A stretch of DNA of 47,050 nucleotides from Hyphochytrium catenoides (taxonomy: Eukaryota; Protista; Hyphochytriomycota): assembly GCA_900088475.1 (NCBI GenBank), contig FLMG01003087.1:1-47050 (forward strand). Direction: 5' to 3'. This document shows, one piece after another, positions 35,829-47,050 of this stretch. Both the position numbers and the translations under genes were made by a program. The stretch's first letter is position 1. Each line of letters begins with the position of its first letter. The notes under the pieces were generated by a model, which saw only the letters and a list, made by a program, of their open reading frames with translations, was not told where the DNA came from and made no database searches.

Positions 35829-38800
35829 CGTCTGGAATAGCTGGCTGACAACAATCGTGTCTTATCGAAAATATATTAATGCGAGAGTTGAGGAGGGTGA
35901 AGCCATCATCTTCTACAGAATGACTAGGCATGTAAAGAAAAAAAGAGACAGAGATAGAAGAGGAGACGACGTGGGCAGGAAAGGAGCAGGGTCTCTTCCC
36001 CTGCGCTCATATCCTAGGTATCAACATCAATGTATCAAGAGAGCTGCTATATCAGAAGATGTGCCTGGGATTCGCTAGTTGTCGGACAGGCCTGCAGCAC
36101 AACAAAATAATATTCAAAGTGGAGACGAGTGGTAGGAACGCTGCTTGGCTAGTCAAGTCTTCATGATCCATCACAGAGTACTGGACTTGTTTCAGACTGC
36201 CCAAGTTGCCACTTCCCCTTGTAAACTTTGTTGTCCAATGCTCCTTTCTCTCCTCGCCATTGATATCCGGTTAGAGCAAGACAGATCGGATGACCTCCTG
36301 TCTAGAAGAATGTACTGGCTCTTCCCCCTCTTCTCAGCCACACTAGCAGCACCGCCTTGACTGTTAAGTTTGAATGCTAGCCAAAAGCTGACGAGAAAAT
36401 TTTGTTTGACTCATTTCCTTTGTGAAGTGTCCAAGATGCTGAGATGATGTCGTGACAACCCTTTTGTCTATCTCCTCCTCCTTCTCTCCTCCTTCTCTCT
36501 CCATCCCACCTCATGAATCATCAACAGAGCCATCGTCTTTTGTTATGAGGAGGGAAGACAATCAAAACATTTTGGAGGGAAGACTTGAGGGGAGATAGAG
36601 CTCTTGCTAAGAGGAGCAAGAAAGGAGAGGAGGAGGCAGAAGAAGACCAAACAGTCAGCAATCATCTCTATCTTGAGAAGATCTATCTATCCAGTGAGGC
36701 TTGCTCATGGCTCCAGCAAGCTTGGGATAAAAGGAGAAAGACGATGAGCACAAAGACTCGAGAAGAAGAGAAGCAGAGATGTCCTGGCCAAAAGACAGAG
36801 TGTGCACAGTTCTTCTGTTTGATGATGGGAGAGCAGGGGAGAGAAGTATCCGGAGCGGCAGTCGGACAGCAGTGGAGATGGCGCTCACTGGCTGGCTAAC
36901 GAGTGCGACCCAAGGCTCTTGGGAACATTAACACAGGCTAACGCCGTGGGAAGGCAAAGGAGAGAGGCAGCAGGAGGAGGGCCAGCTGGAGGGACCTACC
37001 TGAGGGTGGTCTGTGGCAGGCTCTTTGGTGTGTGGTTTGTTGTTGTGAAAGTCCATAGTCCTACCTGTACTACTTCCTGCTACAACAACTACGCACACTG
37101 ATAGACCGCAGGACAGTAGTAGGAGCGGCAAAATTTGGGAGGACCGGAAGTGTCAGAGAATAAAGAGAAAAGAACGCTAGAATTTCAAATGGAGGACTAA
37201 GAAAAGGGATAAGACACCCGATCGCACTGATAATAAGACAGCACAGGGCAAGCAGTGAGCAGGTAACTTTAGGTGGAAGCACGGCAGGACATTCATAATA
37301 ATAGCGACTGGTTCTTCAGTAGTGCTCCTCCTTCCAATGATGCTGGCTGCTGCCACGGACATTCTTCCGTTTCTTCGTTATTTTATTGCTCCAAGTAGCA
37401 GATTCATCATCATCGATTGTAGTAGGATGGAGAGGGTGGTTATCATGAGATGCCCAAAAGTAGTGACTTGCATGGGCCATTGTAAGCGATAATCTTCGTC
37501 GACGCAGCAGCAGAAGAGGCGTTATGGAGAAGAAGCGCCAGGCTGCAGCTCTTGATAATGATCTCCTCTCACGACGAAAGCAAATCACCTCCCTTCTTGC
37601 AAGCAGTAGAATGGTAAGAAGGAAGGTATTCCAAGCAGCTGAGCTAGCAGGTCGATCACAGTTCTGGCGCATATCTATCGCCCTACTGCTAATACTACTT
37701 CATCAACACTACTGAACGACGAAGTGGTGATCTTCAGAAGGGGGGAACTGGATGATGATGTTCGTGGTGGTTATATTAGCCAAATCAAAAAGTCCGTCCT
37801 TCATTATTAATCCTCCTTCTTGTTGCTCACCATCATTATTTAATCGGCTCCACTTCTCGTTCCTGCTTTAGTTGATTTCCACCTCCTTGTCCTAGCGCTG
37901 ACTACTATGTTAATGATATTGCTCCTACTCGTCATCGAAGACGTAATGGTCTGCCTGTCTTTCTCCTCTCTCTCAGGAACTGATGTATATATCTCCTTCT
38001 ATGAAAAAGAAATCACAACGGGGACTTCTTTTCATTTATCTTCTCATCATCGTCTTCGTTCTCCTCTATATCCTCTTCTTCCTCTTGTCCATCCCGTCAT
38101 GGTAAACAGTAGTGGTCCACATCACTACTACTATGGTGAAGGACGAGATACCGTGTATTTGTTATCAACATGTTAGTCCGTGCCGCCTCTGCCCGTTATC
38201 ATCCTTGCAATAAACCGCCGCAACAACAAGACGCGAACACTTCGTGTAGGTTCTCTTCTTGGCTGCCCACAATAAAAGACGAAGAACAACTTGAGCGTAT
38301 GCCCCACAGCAGGCAACTTTTTTTCGCCAACAACGGTGATAATGCTCGGCCCGGATCTAAACTCTCTTCCTCAAACGCTGATCCGACTTTGATTATTAGT
38401 AGTGAGGTATCTGTTGGAGCAGTTGTCAAGCCCTATAAGATGCTTTTTCTTGTTCGGCTTGTCCTTTCTCTAATCACTCTTCTTTGCGCACTTGAGGGAG
38501 GCTGCTGCTGGTTCCTAATCTATCTTCATCATGATGGCGGAGCGGCAGCGGTAAGTCACAATCCCTCTGCTTTCTTCACTTTTGATCTAAGAATGGAGAA
38601 AACATCGTTACTACTCCTGTTCATCACTATTAGAAAGAACCAGCCAACAACAGAAGACCACTGCCAAGGACGTCGTCAGAGGAGGAGGCATCATCATCCA
38701 TCATCTTAGCATTGCTTTTCTGGTGCATTTATTGGTGGTTTAGGTTGTCAACCCTTCCTGTTGTCGGAAGTAAGGGGCCAGCATAGCAGAAGGGCCGGGT

Positions 38801-39388
38801 AGTGGCTCAATAATGGCACGAAGAAGAAGAAAAGGACAGCGGTATTATAAACATCATGATGATGATGATGATAGATGATGATGCTGGCCGGAAGTGACCG
38901 AGAGGAACTGTCCATACTAGCCGCTAACCGCTATAATGATTTGCGGTTACCCGCTATCGTTGAGCCTCTCGAATTCCTCCAGTCATCCATTCTTCGTCCA
39001 TCATCACTACAACTACAGCTTCGGGACATCTTCATGGATCCTCCTCCTCCTGCTGCTGCTGCTGCTGCTGCTGCCGTCACTGCATTGCTGCTGTTCTGCG
39101 AGCTGTAACCCCCTGGCATGTGGCATGTGCTGTTGCTCAAAAAGCAGCTGCAGTCAGAGCTCGTAGATTAGAAAGTCCCCAGCCTGCTTTGCCCTACTTA
39201 ATGCGTAAAGTGGTAGACCAGCGCTGGAAGCCGTCCATCAAGCTCCTGCTTGTAGAAGCCGGTCATCCATCCTGCTGTTATTCACGACTGCTCCCACCCA
39301 AGGCCTGCCCCGAGCTCTAAGAGTAACGTCAAGACCAAAAAGTGTCATTGACCCTTAGCCAGCAAGGATACAATTGGCACTTACCAAC

Positions 39389-39933
39389 ATGTCGACGGGC
39401 ATTAACCGGAGCAGTCTGCAGGTAGACTATGCCGTTGACTATAGGCTGGCGGGTGCATAAAACTACGGCTAACTCCTCTGCAGCTCTATCGCGATTGTTT
39501 GAGAGTCGTCCAGCATGCGGCAGCAAGAGTAAGAAGCTCCAATGCATCGCACAGTGACGCATCTAATACCATCAACCGTGTTACCTCTTACAGAGTCCGA
39601 AGGGCGTAATGCTCCGTAAGATTGTCCGAGCAGAGTTTGAGAAGAATCGTGAGGTGGCGGACGCGGAACGACTGGAAGCTCTAAAGTCAAAGTATGGCCT
39701 TCTGAGACTCTTATACAATGCCTTCTCTGACAATGGGCTTCTCCTACAGCGCTGTCCGAGCTTTGACGAACTATCTGGTCTACGAATCATCCCAGTAAGC
39801 ATACTTTGAAGAAAGATAGTGCCCCGATTCTAACGATCACCTCACCCTCTCCTTTCTTTCTGTTCGCAGGCGTGATGAAAGAATCAAAGCAAACATTAAG
39901 GAAACAGATATGAGTAGGCGGAAGGAAGAGTAA
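39389..39933 (+). CDS. LYR-motif (Complex1_LYR) small mitochondrial protein, 5 exons
   Basis: MSTGINRSSLQ|LYRDCLRVVQHAAAR|SPKGVMLRKIVRAEFEKNREVADAERLEALKS|NAVRALTNYLVYESS|QRDERIK...*: LYR plus downstream R.EF..N. All introns GT-AG. Confidence 0.9.
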
Positions 39934-40139
39934 AGTAGCTCGGCATCGGAGATGAAGACGAGTTCAAGCTAGACGCCAGCAGAGGACAGACGACGGACAG
40001 TCTGAGACGCTTGGGCACACAAAGCAGGAAGTGAGGTCTACCATTTAGATCTCTGTCGTTATCAGAGGCTGGTACTGCTTTAGGGCTCCGACTGCACATG
40101 CCTGTGAATAGTGTTCGCCCCTTGTCCGATAAACTCAAT

Positions 40140-43100
40140 TCAAGAACGCTCATCTTCAGCGGCTCCCTCACTCCTAGTATCTTCCTCTTCCTCCCTTTCC
40201 TTTTCGTGCACGGAAGAAAATGCCTGGTGGTGCCTCTCATCTGCTTCCTTCGACCAGTCATCCTCCAGATGAATGAGATCCAATACATCGCCTATCTTTT
40301 CCCTGTACTCTAGATGACCTCCGATAACGTCGGAGAGGTCAAGGTTCTCGACACCTGGCACATTGACAGTCTCAATGCCTGCGACTGTCAGAGCCCATCC
40401 CTGGAGACAAGCATAACCATCTTAGAGAATTAAGTGGTGGGAATGGACCAATAGCGAACTGCTTATTACTAGAACGGCAGACCTGACCAGACGTCTAGGC
40501 GTAGAGGAGACTCTTGAGAGGATAAGGGTTGTCTAGGAATGCAGGATAAAAGCGCAAGAGCAGAGACAAACATAGAAGAAAGCGAGAACGTGTTTATGAG
40601 TGAGGGGAAAGGAGAGTCCACCCAGATTGATTAGGCCACAAATGAGATACTTTTGTTACTGCAGATGAGATACTTTTGTTGCTGCAGATCCGCAGGAGGC
40701 TGCTTCAAAAGCAGATAAATACCTTGTATCTGTACATCAGCATCATCATCCAGTCGTTCCTTGAGAACCCATTTATTAACCGTCCAGACACCACTCCTCG
40801 AAGTTGCCGCCACATGCTCTTGGAGGTCGATACAGGTGCGCCTAAGATCACGGCGTTTTCTACTATTCCAGCTCCACGATGTCCCTATTTGTTTATAACA
40901 GAGGCAACCGTACATTGACGACCACAAAGTCAGATGAAAGGGCTACCCGGAAAGATCAAGGACGAGCATATATATAAGGTGGGACATTCTAGAGCACAAG
41001 GACACGACGACAGCATCGCGGACACTAGGAATCCAAATACAATGACTGGGAGAAGAAAGGGAAGAAAGCGTTACGCAGAAGGTCAGCTGTTACGGAAAGC
41101 ACCTGCTTGGCCAATTCCTCGAGACATTTTACGATGACTCTAGCACCCATTGAATAGCCCATTAGCGTCACCGGGCGCTGTCCTTGCACTCGGCTCAATA
41201 GCACCTAAGAAGGGTCGCCTTTAGCATGATTTTCGAAGAGTCGTAGGCACCTAAAGTAAGAAAGCCCCATCGCGACCTAACTGCCGTAGAGGAAACTCAC
41301 AGAGGAGTTGCACAGCTGAAACTTATAGTTTTGCCCACCTCAGCCAAGAGCTTTCCAGCCTTATCGGAGCGATTGCGAGCCAACACCCAAACATCGTCGA
41401 TCCAAGAACAAGCCTTAACAAAGCGGACAGATCAGCATAAGAAAAGGTCATAGTGGGCAAGGAAGCAACCATGTCCACTGAAGAGCAAGTAAGAGAGCCT
41501 GAAGCTGTAGATAACAGACTTAAGGAAAGAGAACAAACGCCGCCAAACCGTAGCTCAAGAACGAGAGTGAGTGTCTGAGAGCGAGGTGGCGCTGAATAGG
41601 AGGACGAAGCAAGCTATCAGGAGAAGTAAATAATGACCTTCAAGACAAAGGATGGTAGAGCTATGGCCGCCATGATCGCCCCTATAGTTTGCTGGAGTAT
41701 GGAATTCATCGCATATTTATAGCTCTCATTGAGAAGAAAGTTCCTCATGTTCGTCCCGAGCGAACGGAGTACCTCACTCTCCCACTGAAGGCAAAGTTGA
41801 TCGCCCGTGGGAACTCTTTCCCTCCAGAACCAGGCACGATGAAAATCTAAATCAAGAGCAGTTCGTCGCTTAGAGGTCGAGTAAGGAAAATTAGATGACT
41901 GCAAAAGAGCACTGACTGACAACGGACAAGAGGGTTTAGGCGAGCTGCTAGGGCATTTTGAACGGGAGACAAGGAGGAGATGTGGACAGGTGAAGGCCAG
42001 ATAGTCTGAGGAGCTCCTTCAGAGACCCCGCGAAGAGTAAACTCACGCAAATCATCCTGCCATACATAGGTACGCGCCGACTGTCCCTCAGCCGGTGGCT
42101 GAGAGATTACCGACGGAATTGGCTTTGTGCTCTGACTCTTATCCACAGGGGCTCCAGCCTTAGCCTCACTTGATTGATCTGTTAATGGGAGGGGTTTGTC
42201 TTCCCTGTCTGTGGCTTTGCTAGCCTCACCCTCCGTTTGGCCATCTTTGTGAGACTGGCTTTCTGGTCTGATCACAGAGGAGACTTGATAGTGCTCCTCA
42301 ATCTTTTTGAACAGCTGCTCTTCCTTGTTGGTGAACTGTGCTGCCAGCTGGTCAACAGAGCCAAGTTTTGCTGGGTTGTGGAGGCGATAGAAGCAGCGAA
42401 GGCGTTCTCTGACATCCCCCCATGGTTTCAAAAAGTCCCTGATGACAGATGTTGGATATGCAGAAGTCGACCGTAAGGTCCCTGGAGTGACAAGCAGAAG
42501 GAAGAGTGGTACCTTTCCGCTTCATCACCATCGTCTGCCTCAATCCAGCCTGATATGCAAATGTAGATAGCCATGCATCTTCCTCCGGTCCGCAACTTGA
42601 AGTCGAACTCGCTGATGTTACTTGTACGCCGATCCATCTTGTATCCACCCAGTCCAGCCCCAGCAGTGCCAAAGACAGCGGTCATGAGCGCAAGGCCTAA
42701 ACATGTCATATATATACGAATAGAGCAGGTGAGAAAGCAGAGAGAGAGAGACAGGAAAGTGAGCATAAGCAGTCTTCTTCCCTCTCCTTTCTGAGTCGGC
42801 TTCCTTTCTGAACTGACCTGAAGAAGAGAGAAGGGCAGCAGATAGAGCTGAAGTCCCGAAGATAGTGGCGCCTGCACCTATAATGGCCGGGGCGGCCAGT
42901 CCACCAGTCACTGCCAGAGCCGTGCCGGCAAGGGCCGAAGCAGCTCCAATTTTGGCGTATCTGCTCCAGTCTGATTGATTAGCTGTCACAATGCAGAAAG
43001 AGGCAATTGTTATAGAAAGCCCTCAGCCAAGGAACCCCAATGACTCCTAGCAGATAATTGAAGACTGCTAGGGACCTTTGAGGTAGAAACTATTGAAGGG

Positions 43101-44817
43101 CAGAAAAGCAAGGATTGGTATGAGAGGGCTTCCACCTTTCGCTGCTGCGGTAGACTTTCTGAAGTCTTCGAGCTTGTCTTGAAGATAAACAGCGATGCTC
43201 TCCTCTATAATACGGAGCTCTGCGCTGCTGACTTCAAGCTCGGCTGCGAGCACCTTTACCATTGTCCGGATTCTACAACGACAAACGCGTAGTGAAGAGC
43301 GAGGGATAGCGAGTGGGAGAGGACATGGATCAGGCAGAAAGAGAAGGATGAAGCCGTAAGACTTCTCTTTGCCGAGCGTACTCGATGGTGCGTGTTTTTA
43401 CTTCCTAGCGCTGCACCCTAAAGACTGTCTTCTGTCCTTTTTTCAGATTCAAACAACCTCTCTCTCTCTCTCTCTCTCTCCTCTCTTTTCTCACACAAAC
43501 ACTCTCACTCTCGCTCAAGCTCTCTGTCCTTTGCTTTTGCCCCTACTTTCGGCTTGCGTTCGCTAACCTCGCATCATAGCCCGGGATGACGACGAGAAGT
43601 AGCAAGAGCTCTTTCAGCACCATCGCCATATTCCTCTCATCTGCCTCTGATCCGTCCCCATCTGGAGCATCCTTGAGGACCATCAGCCAGGGGCTATCAC
43701 CTTCGAGCGGCCGGGAATCTGCACTGAGGTTGCAACCATCACAAGTCTGATGGCATATCCAAAGCGTCAGACCATTGAGTCCGCGTGAAGATAGGGCCGG
43801 ACGAGAGAGGATAGAGGNNNNNNNNNNNNNNNNNNNNNNNNNNNNNNNNNNNNNNNNNNNNNNNNNNNNNNNNNNNNNNNNNNNNNNNNNNNNNNNNNNN
43901 NNNNNNNNNNNNNNNNNNNNNNNNNNNNNNNNNNNNNNNNNNNNNNNNNNNNNNNNNNNNNNNNNNNNNNNNNNNNNNNNNNNNNNNNNNNNNNNNNNNN
44001 NNNNNNNNNNNNNNNNNNNNNNNNNNNNNNNNNNNNNNNNNNNNNNNNNNNNNNNNNNNNNNNNNNNNNNNNNNNNNNNNNNNNNNNNNNNNNNNNNNNN
44101 NNNNNNNNNNNNNNNNNNNNNNNNNNNNNNNNNNNNNNNNNNNNNNNNNNNNNNNNNNNNNNNNNNNNNNNNNNNNNNNNNNNNNNNNNNNTCTGCCTCT
44201 GATCCGTCCCCATCTGGAGCATCGTTGAGGACCATCAGCCAGGGGCTATCACCTTCGAGCGGCCGGGAATCTGCACTGAGGTTGCAACCATCACAAGTCT
44301 AATGGCATATCCAAAGCGTCAGATCATTGAGTCCGCGTGAAGATAGAGCCGGGCGAGAGAGGATAGAGGCTGGCTGAGAAGCAAGTGAAAGGAGAAAGTG
44401 GCAATCAAAGACAAAGAGAGAGTGGCAGTATGAGAGAAGCCAAAGACAGAAAGAAGAAAGAGACGCGGCCATTCCGATAAGCCGTGAGGGCAGATGTGTT
44501 ACCGGCAGCAGAGGGATGAGGGCTTGGACCTTCTCCTCGGGGAGTCCCAAATGCTTGCGGACGATGATCCGAAGAACCGCCTCACACCACTGTCTCCCCT
44601 CTGTCCCGAGGAAGACAGAGTGGAATGCTTGCGCAATCTGAGGGATGAGAAACGGAAATGGAGAAGAGAGACAGCAATCCGGGAAAGAAAAGAGCAGGTG
44701 CCAATGAACAGACGGTGGAGTGAGAGAGAGAGAGAGAGAGCGTGAGAAAGAGAGAGAGAGAGAGTGAGAGAGAGAGTGAGAGAGACCGAGAGAGAGAGAA
44801 ACAGAGAGAGAGAGAGA

Positions 44818-44849
<32 letters not shown>

Positions 44850-45076
44850 CTGTGTGTCTTCGTAGCTGAGATGTAGCAGCCTACCAGTCCACAAAAGGCG
44901 AATTTTTGCTTCACACTAAGCTTTTGTAGGTGCTTTCCCTCGCTCTTGATCACAGTCTCCATGGCCTTCATCTCTTCAGAAGCCTTGCCCATCTCCTCCT
45001 CATAATCCATAGACCGCGTCCTGGGCCTGCCTTCCTCTCTTCCCTTCCCATGCTGTCTCCCCTCCTCCGCCGGCAT
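40140..45076 (-). CDS. DUF726 / TMCO4-like alpha-beta hydrolase-fold membrane protein, multi-exon, spans an N-gap
   Basis: GYDAR, KIGAASALAGTALAVTGGLAAPAI, FGTAGAGLGGYKMDRRT..ISEFDF, ICISGW, LQWESEVL, RSDKAGKLLAE|VLLSRVQGQRPVTLMGYSMGARVI, IVENAVILGAP, VVSGRLINGFSRNDW, VPGVENLDLSDVIGGHLEY. Confidence 0.93.
43640..44369. repeat. 178-bp direct duplication flanking the N-gap (43640-43817 and 44192-44369)
   Basis: The copies differ at 5 positions. The 44192-44369 copy carries an in-frame TAG (44299-44301) in the TMCO4 exon where the other copy has CAG. Confidence 0.9.
44719..44849. repeat. (GA)n microsatellite in TMCO4 intron 1
   Basis: Directly visible. Confidence 0.95.
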
Positions 45077-45318
45077 CGTGTCCCTTCCACTGCAAAGCCT
45101 GCGTCCTTGGACTAAGAGACTGGTTGCTTCCCAGTCCTTTTCCCTTGTGTCGGCCTCAAGATGTTGCCCTCCAGAGGTTAGACATGCTAGGGAAGGAGGA
45201 GATCTTACTTCGTCTCGCGCAGAAGGATCAAAGATACGAAGGAAAAAGGCTGTGCGAACATTGCGCTAGTGGAAGAAGGTGACACCTGTAGAGAACACAA
45301 GCCCCGATGATAAGAGGA

Positions 45319-45484
45319 AAGAGGGAGTGAGAGAGAGAGAGTGGGAGAGAGAGAGTGAGAGAGAGACAGAGAGAGAGGAAGAGAGAGAGAGAGGAAGAGA
45401 GAGAGAGAAAGAGAGAGGAAGAGAGAGAGAGAAAGAGAGAGAAGAGAGAGAGCGAGAAGAGAGAGAGAGGAGAGAAAGAGAGGA

Positions 45485-45565
<81 letters not shown>
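45319..45565. repeat. About 250-bp imperfect (GA)n array in the TMCO4/Tudor intergenic region
   Basis: Directly visible, almost pure purine. Further GA arrays at about 46020-46165 and 46793-46852. Confidence 0.95.
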
Positions 45566-45566
<1 letters not shown>

Positions 45567-46335
45567 GTGGGAAAGACAAACAAGCATCGAAGAGAAGTTT
45601 GTTTCGCTTCACTTGACAACTTCTTCTTCTTCTTTTACCCAATAAACCCACAATCTCAGCCCCTCTAACTTTACACCAAGACTTGGATAGCCCTAAATAG
45701 GGTTAAGGCTAACCAAGATTAAGGGTCTTTAACTCTAGATCTTTTCAAGGCTTAACCTCCGTGAAGAATATATTAAAGAGCCACTGTGTAACACCCCACA
45801 AGCTAGGGTTGATGTCTGATGGGAAAGGAAGCACCAGCACCAACTCTGATGGCACCCGAGAGAGAGACGTAGAGATCAAGAGACAGAGAGAGACGTAGAG
45901 ATCAAAAGAGAGAAGCAGACAGACCCACACTTGGCCAGTCTATAAGCAGTATAAGCTCGCGCAGGCTTCCTCTCCTCGTGGAAGAGACACGAGGGAAGCT
46001 CGCTCATAAGAGGGTCAAAAGAAAGAGGGAGGACAGAGAAGAGAGAGAGAGAGAGAGACAGAGAGAGACAGAGAGACAGAGAGAGGGAGGGAGTGGGAGA
46101 GAGGGAGAACGCGAGAGAAGGGAGAGAGTGAGTGAGAGAGAGGGAGAGAGTGAGTGAGAGAGAGAACCGAAGAGGAGGGTCAGAAACATCACGTCATGGC
46201 TAGAGGCTCCTAAGCGAAAAAGTATGGATGGACGGAGGTAACTAGGCGTGAGGCTCACACATAGCAACCGCTCTAGTTAAGGGCAGGGGAAAGAAGATTG
46301 TGCCCAAAACTGGTTGACTGCAGAAAGGAGAAAGC

Positions 46336-46810
46336 ATGGCTGGACCTATCGACGCCGCTTCCGCAATCGGATGGCGGGTGAGGGTGTGGTGGAGCGATAT
46401 GGAACAGTGGTACAGCGGCAAAGTGACAGGCAGCGACGGTGGTTATGTGGAGGTCTCCTACGATGACGGAGAGGTCCAGATGGAGAAGTTTGGCGCGGAG
46501 GAGGTCGTGTTCATAGAGGAAGGGTGAGTTCCTGCCCCCGGATAGTAAGGGCCGTCTAAAGGGCCTAATATTTGGTGATGCTGGTCTCCGGTTTACCTCT
46601 TTCTTCATCATCATTAGGTGCTGCTCTCTCTTGCTGACTTTTCCTTGCTCGTCTGTCCATGTGCCAAAGAGAATTGCGTCTGTCACTGTGTCTTCCTTGC
46701 TTTCTTGCTTCTTCCATACCGCTTCCTCGGGCCTTACTGAGAAGAATCTACCGTCTCCCGTATGTTCCTTGAGTCTGCGTTGTCCTCTGTGCAGAGAGAG
46801 AGACAGAGAG

Positions 46811-46855
<45 letters not shown>

Positions 46856-47050
46856 TGGACGGGAAGGGAAAACAAGTGATTAGTGTTCTCATGACTGGAA
46901 GAAAGTGTACGAGCTTACTCTATCCTCTCTTTGTTCTCCACTAGAGCCTCTGATGGCACCACCGAGAGCCACGAGCCAGCGCAGGGAACAGAGAAGATAG
47001 AGGAGCAGACTAAAGATGAACAACCTTCAGCTAAGGAGGAAGAGGAGGAT
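46336..47050 (+). CDS. N-terminal Tudor-like domain protein (MSH6/PDS5-type Tudor), partial, runs off the window
   Basis: IGWRVRVWWSDMEQWYSGKVTG....VEVSYDDGEV.. Tudor pattern. Donor gtgagt at about 46524, acceptor ccactag at about 46944, then an in-frame acidic exon to the window end. Confidence 0.75.

Noticed and set aside
39285-39330. Minus-strand LLELGAGLG resembling methyltransferase motif I
   Set aside because: A stop follows within a few codons and there are no other motifs or consistent exons. Probably chance.
36500-39330. Endogenous giant-virus insert
   Set aside because: No recognisable viral hallmark ORFs or long intronless ORFs.
28504-44301. TAG reassigned to Gln or read through (alternative genetic code)
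   Set aside because: uL11m, asparaginase and ThrE end at TAG at family-appropriate positions, and no single-copy conserved exon that I translated has an in-frame TAG.
45205-45668. ER-repeat and LS-repeat ORFs here and at about 3000-3540, 10552-11374, 22354-22802 and 44499-44894
   Set aside because: Translations of (GA/CT)n microsatellites.
45690-45725. CCCTAAA/TAGGGTTA telomere-like words
   Set aside because: Single units with no tandem array.
1-47050. tRNA/rRNA/snRNA genes
   Set aside because: None recognised by eye. A tRNAscan/Infernal run is needed to exclude small intronic RNAs.

Overview
Gene-dense, intron-rich eukaryotic genomic DNA with the standard genetic code, GT/GC-AG introns, long (GA/CT)n microsatellites and four N-gaps. 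SAS-6 implies centrioles or flagella. A GGGRRC-type Cys/His repeat protein and a secreted VSVE..C..PIC.G/PT-repeat protein point to a stramenopile, probably oomycete- or hyphochytrid-like (inference). I spliced 15 genes by hand: ELMOD, TTC9-like TPR, SAS-6, KIF-binding protein, mitochondrial uL11, an EEF1AKMT4-like methyltransferase with a C-terminal Zn ribbon, a ThrE exporter, a dual-specificity phosphatase, a short-chain asparaginase, a WRKY19-like Zn-finger repeat protein, OTUD6, a PT-repeat mucin, an LYR protein, DUF726/TMCO4 and a partial Tudor protein. Five of the gene pairs are head-to-head. Between genes lie decayed ORFs and probable Mutator and hAT transposase relics. The most striking signal is a RIP-like CpA->TpA (TpG->TpA) mutational signature. 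It is strongest in the relics and is also visible between copies of local duplications, in an apparently non-fungal genome. Exon boundaries and dinucleotide counts were made by hand and are approximate.
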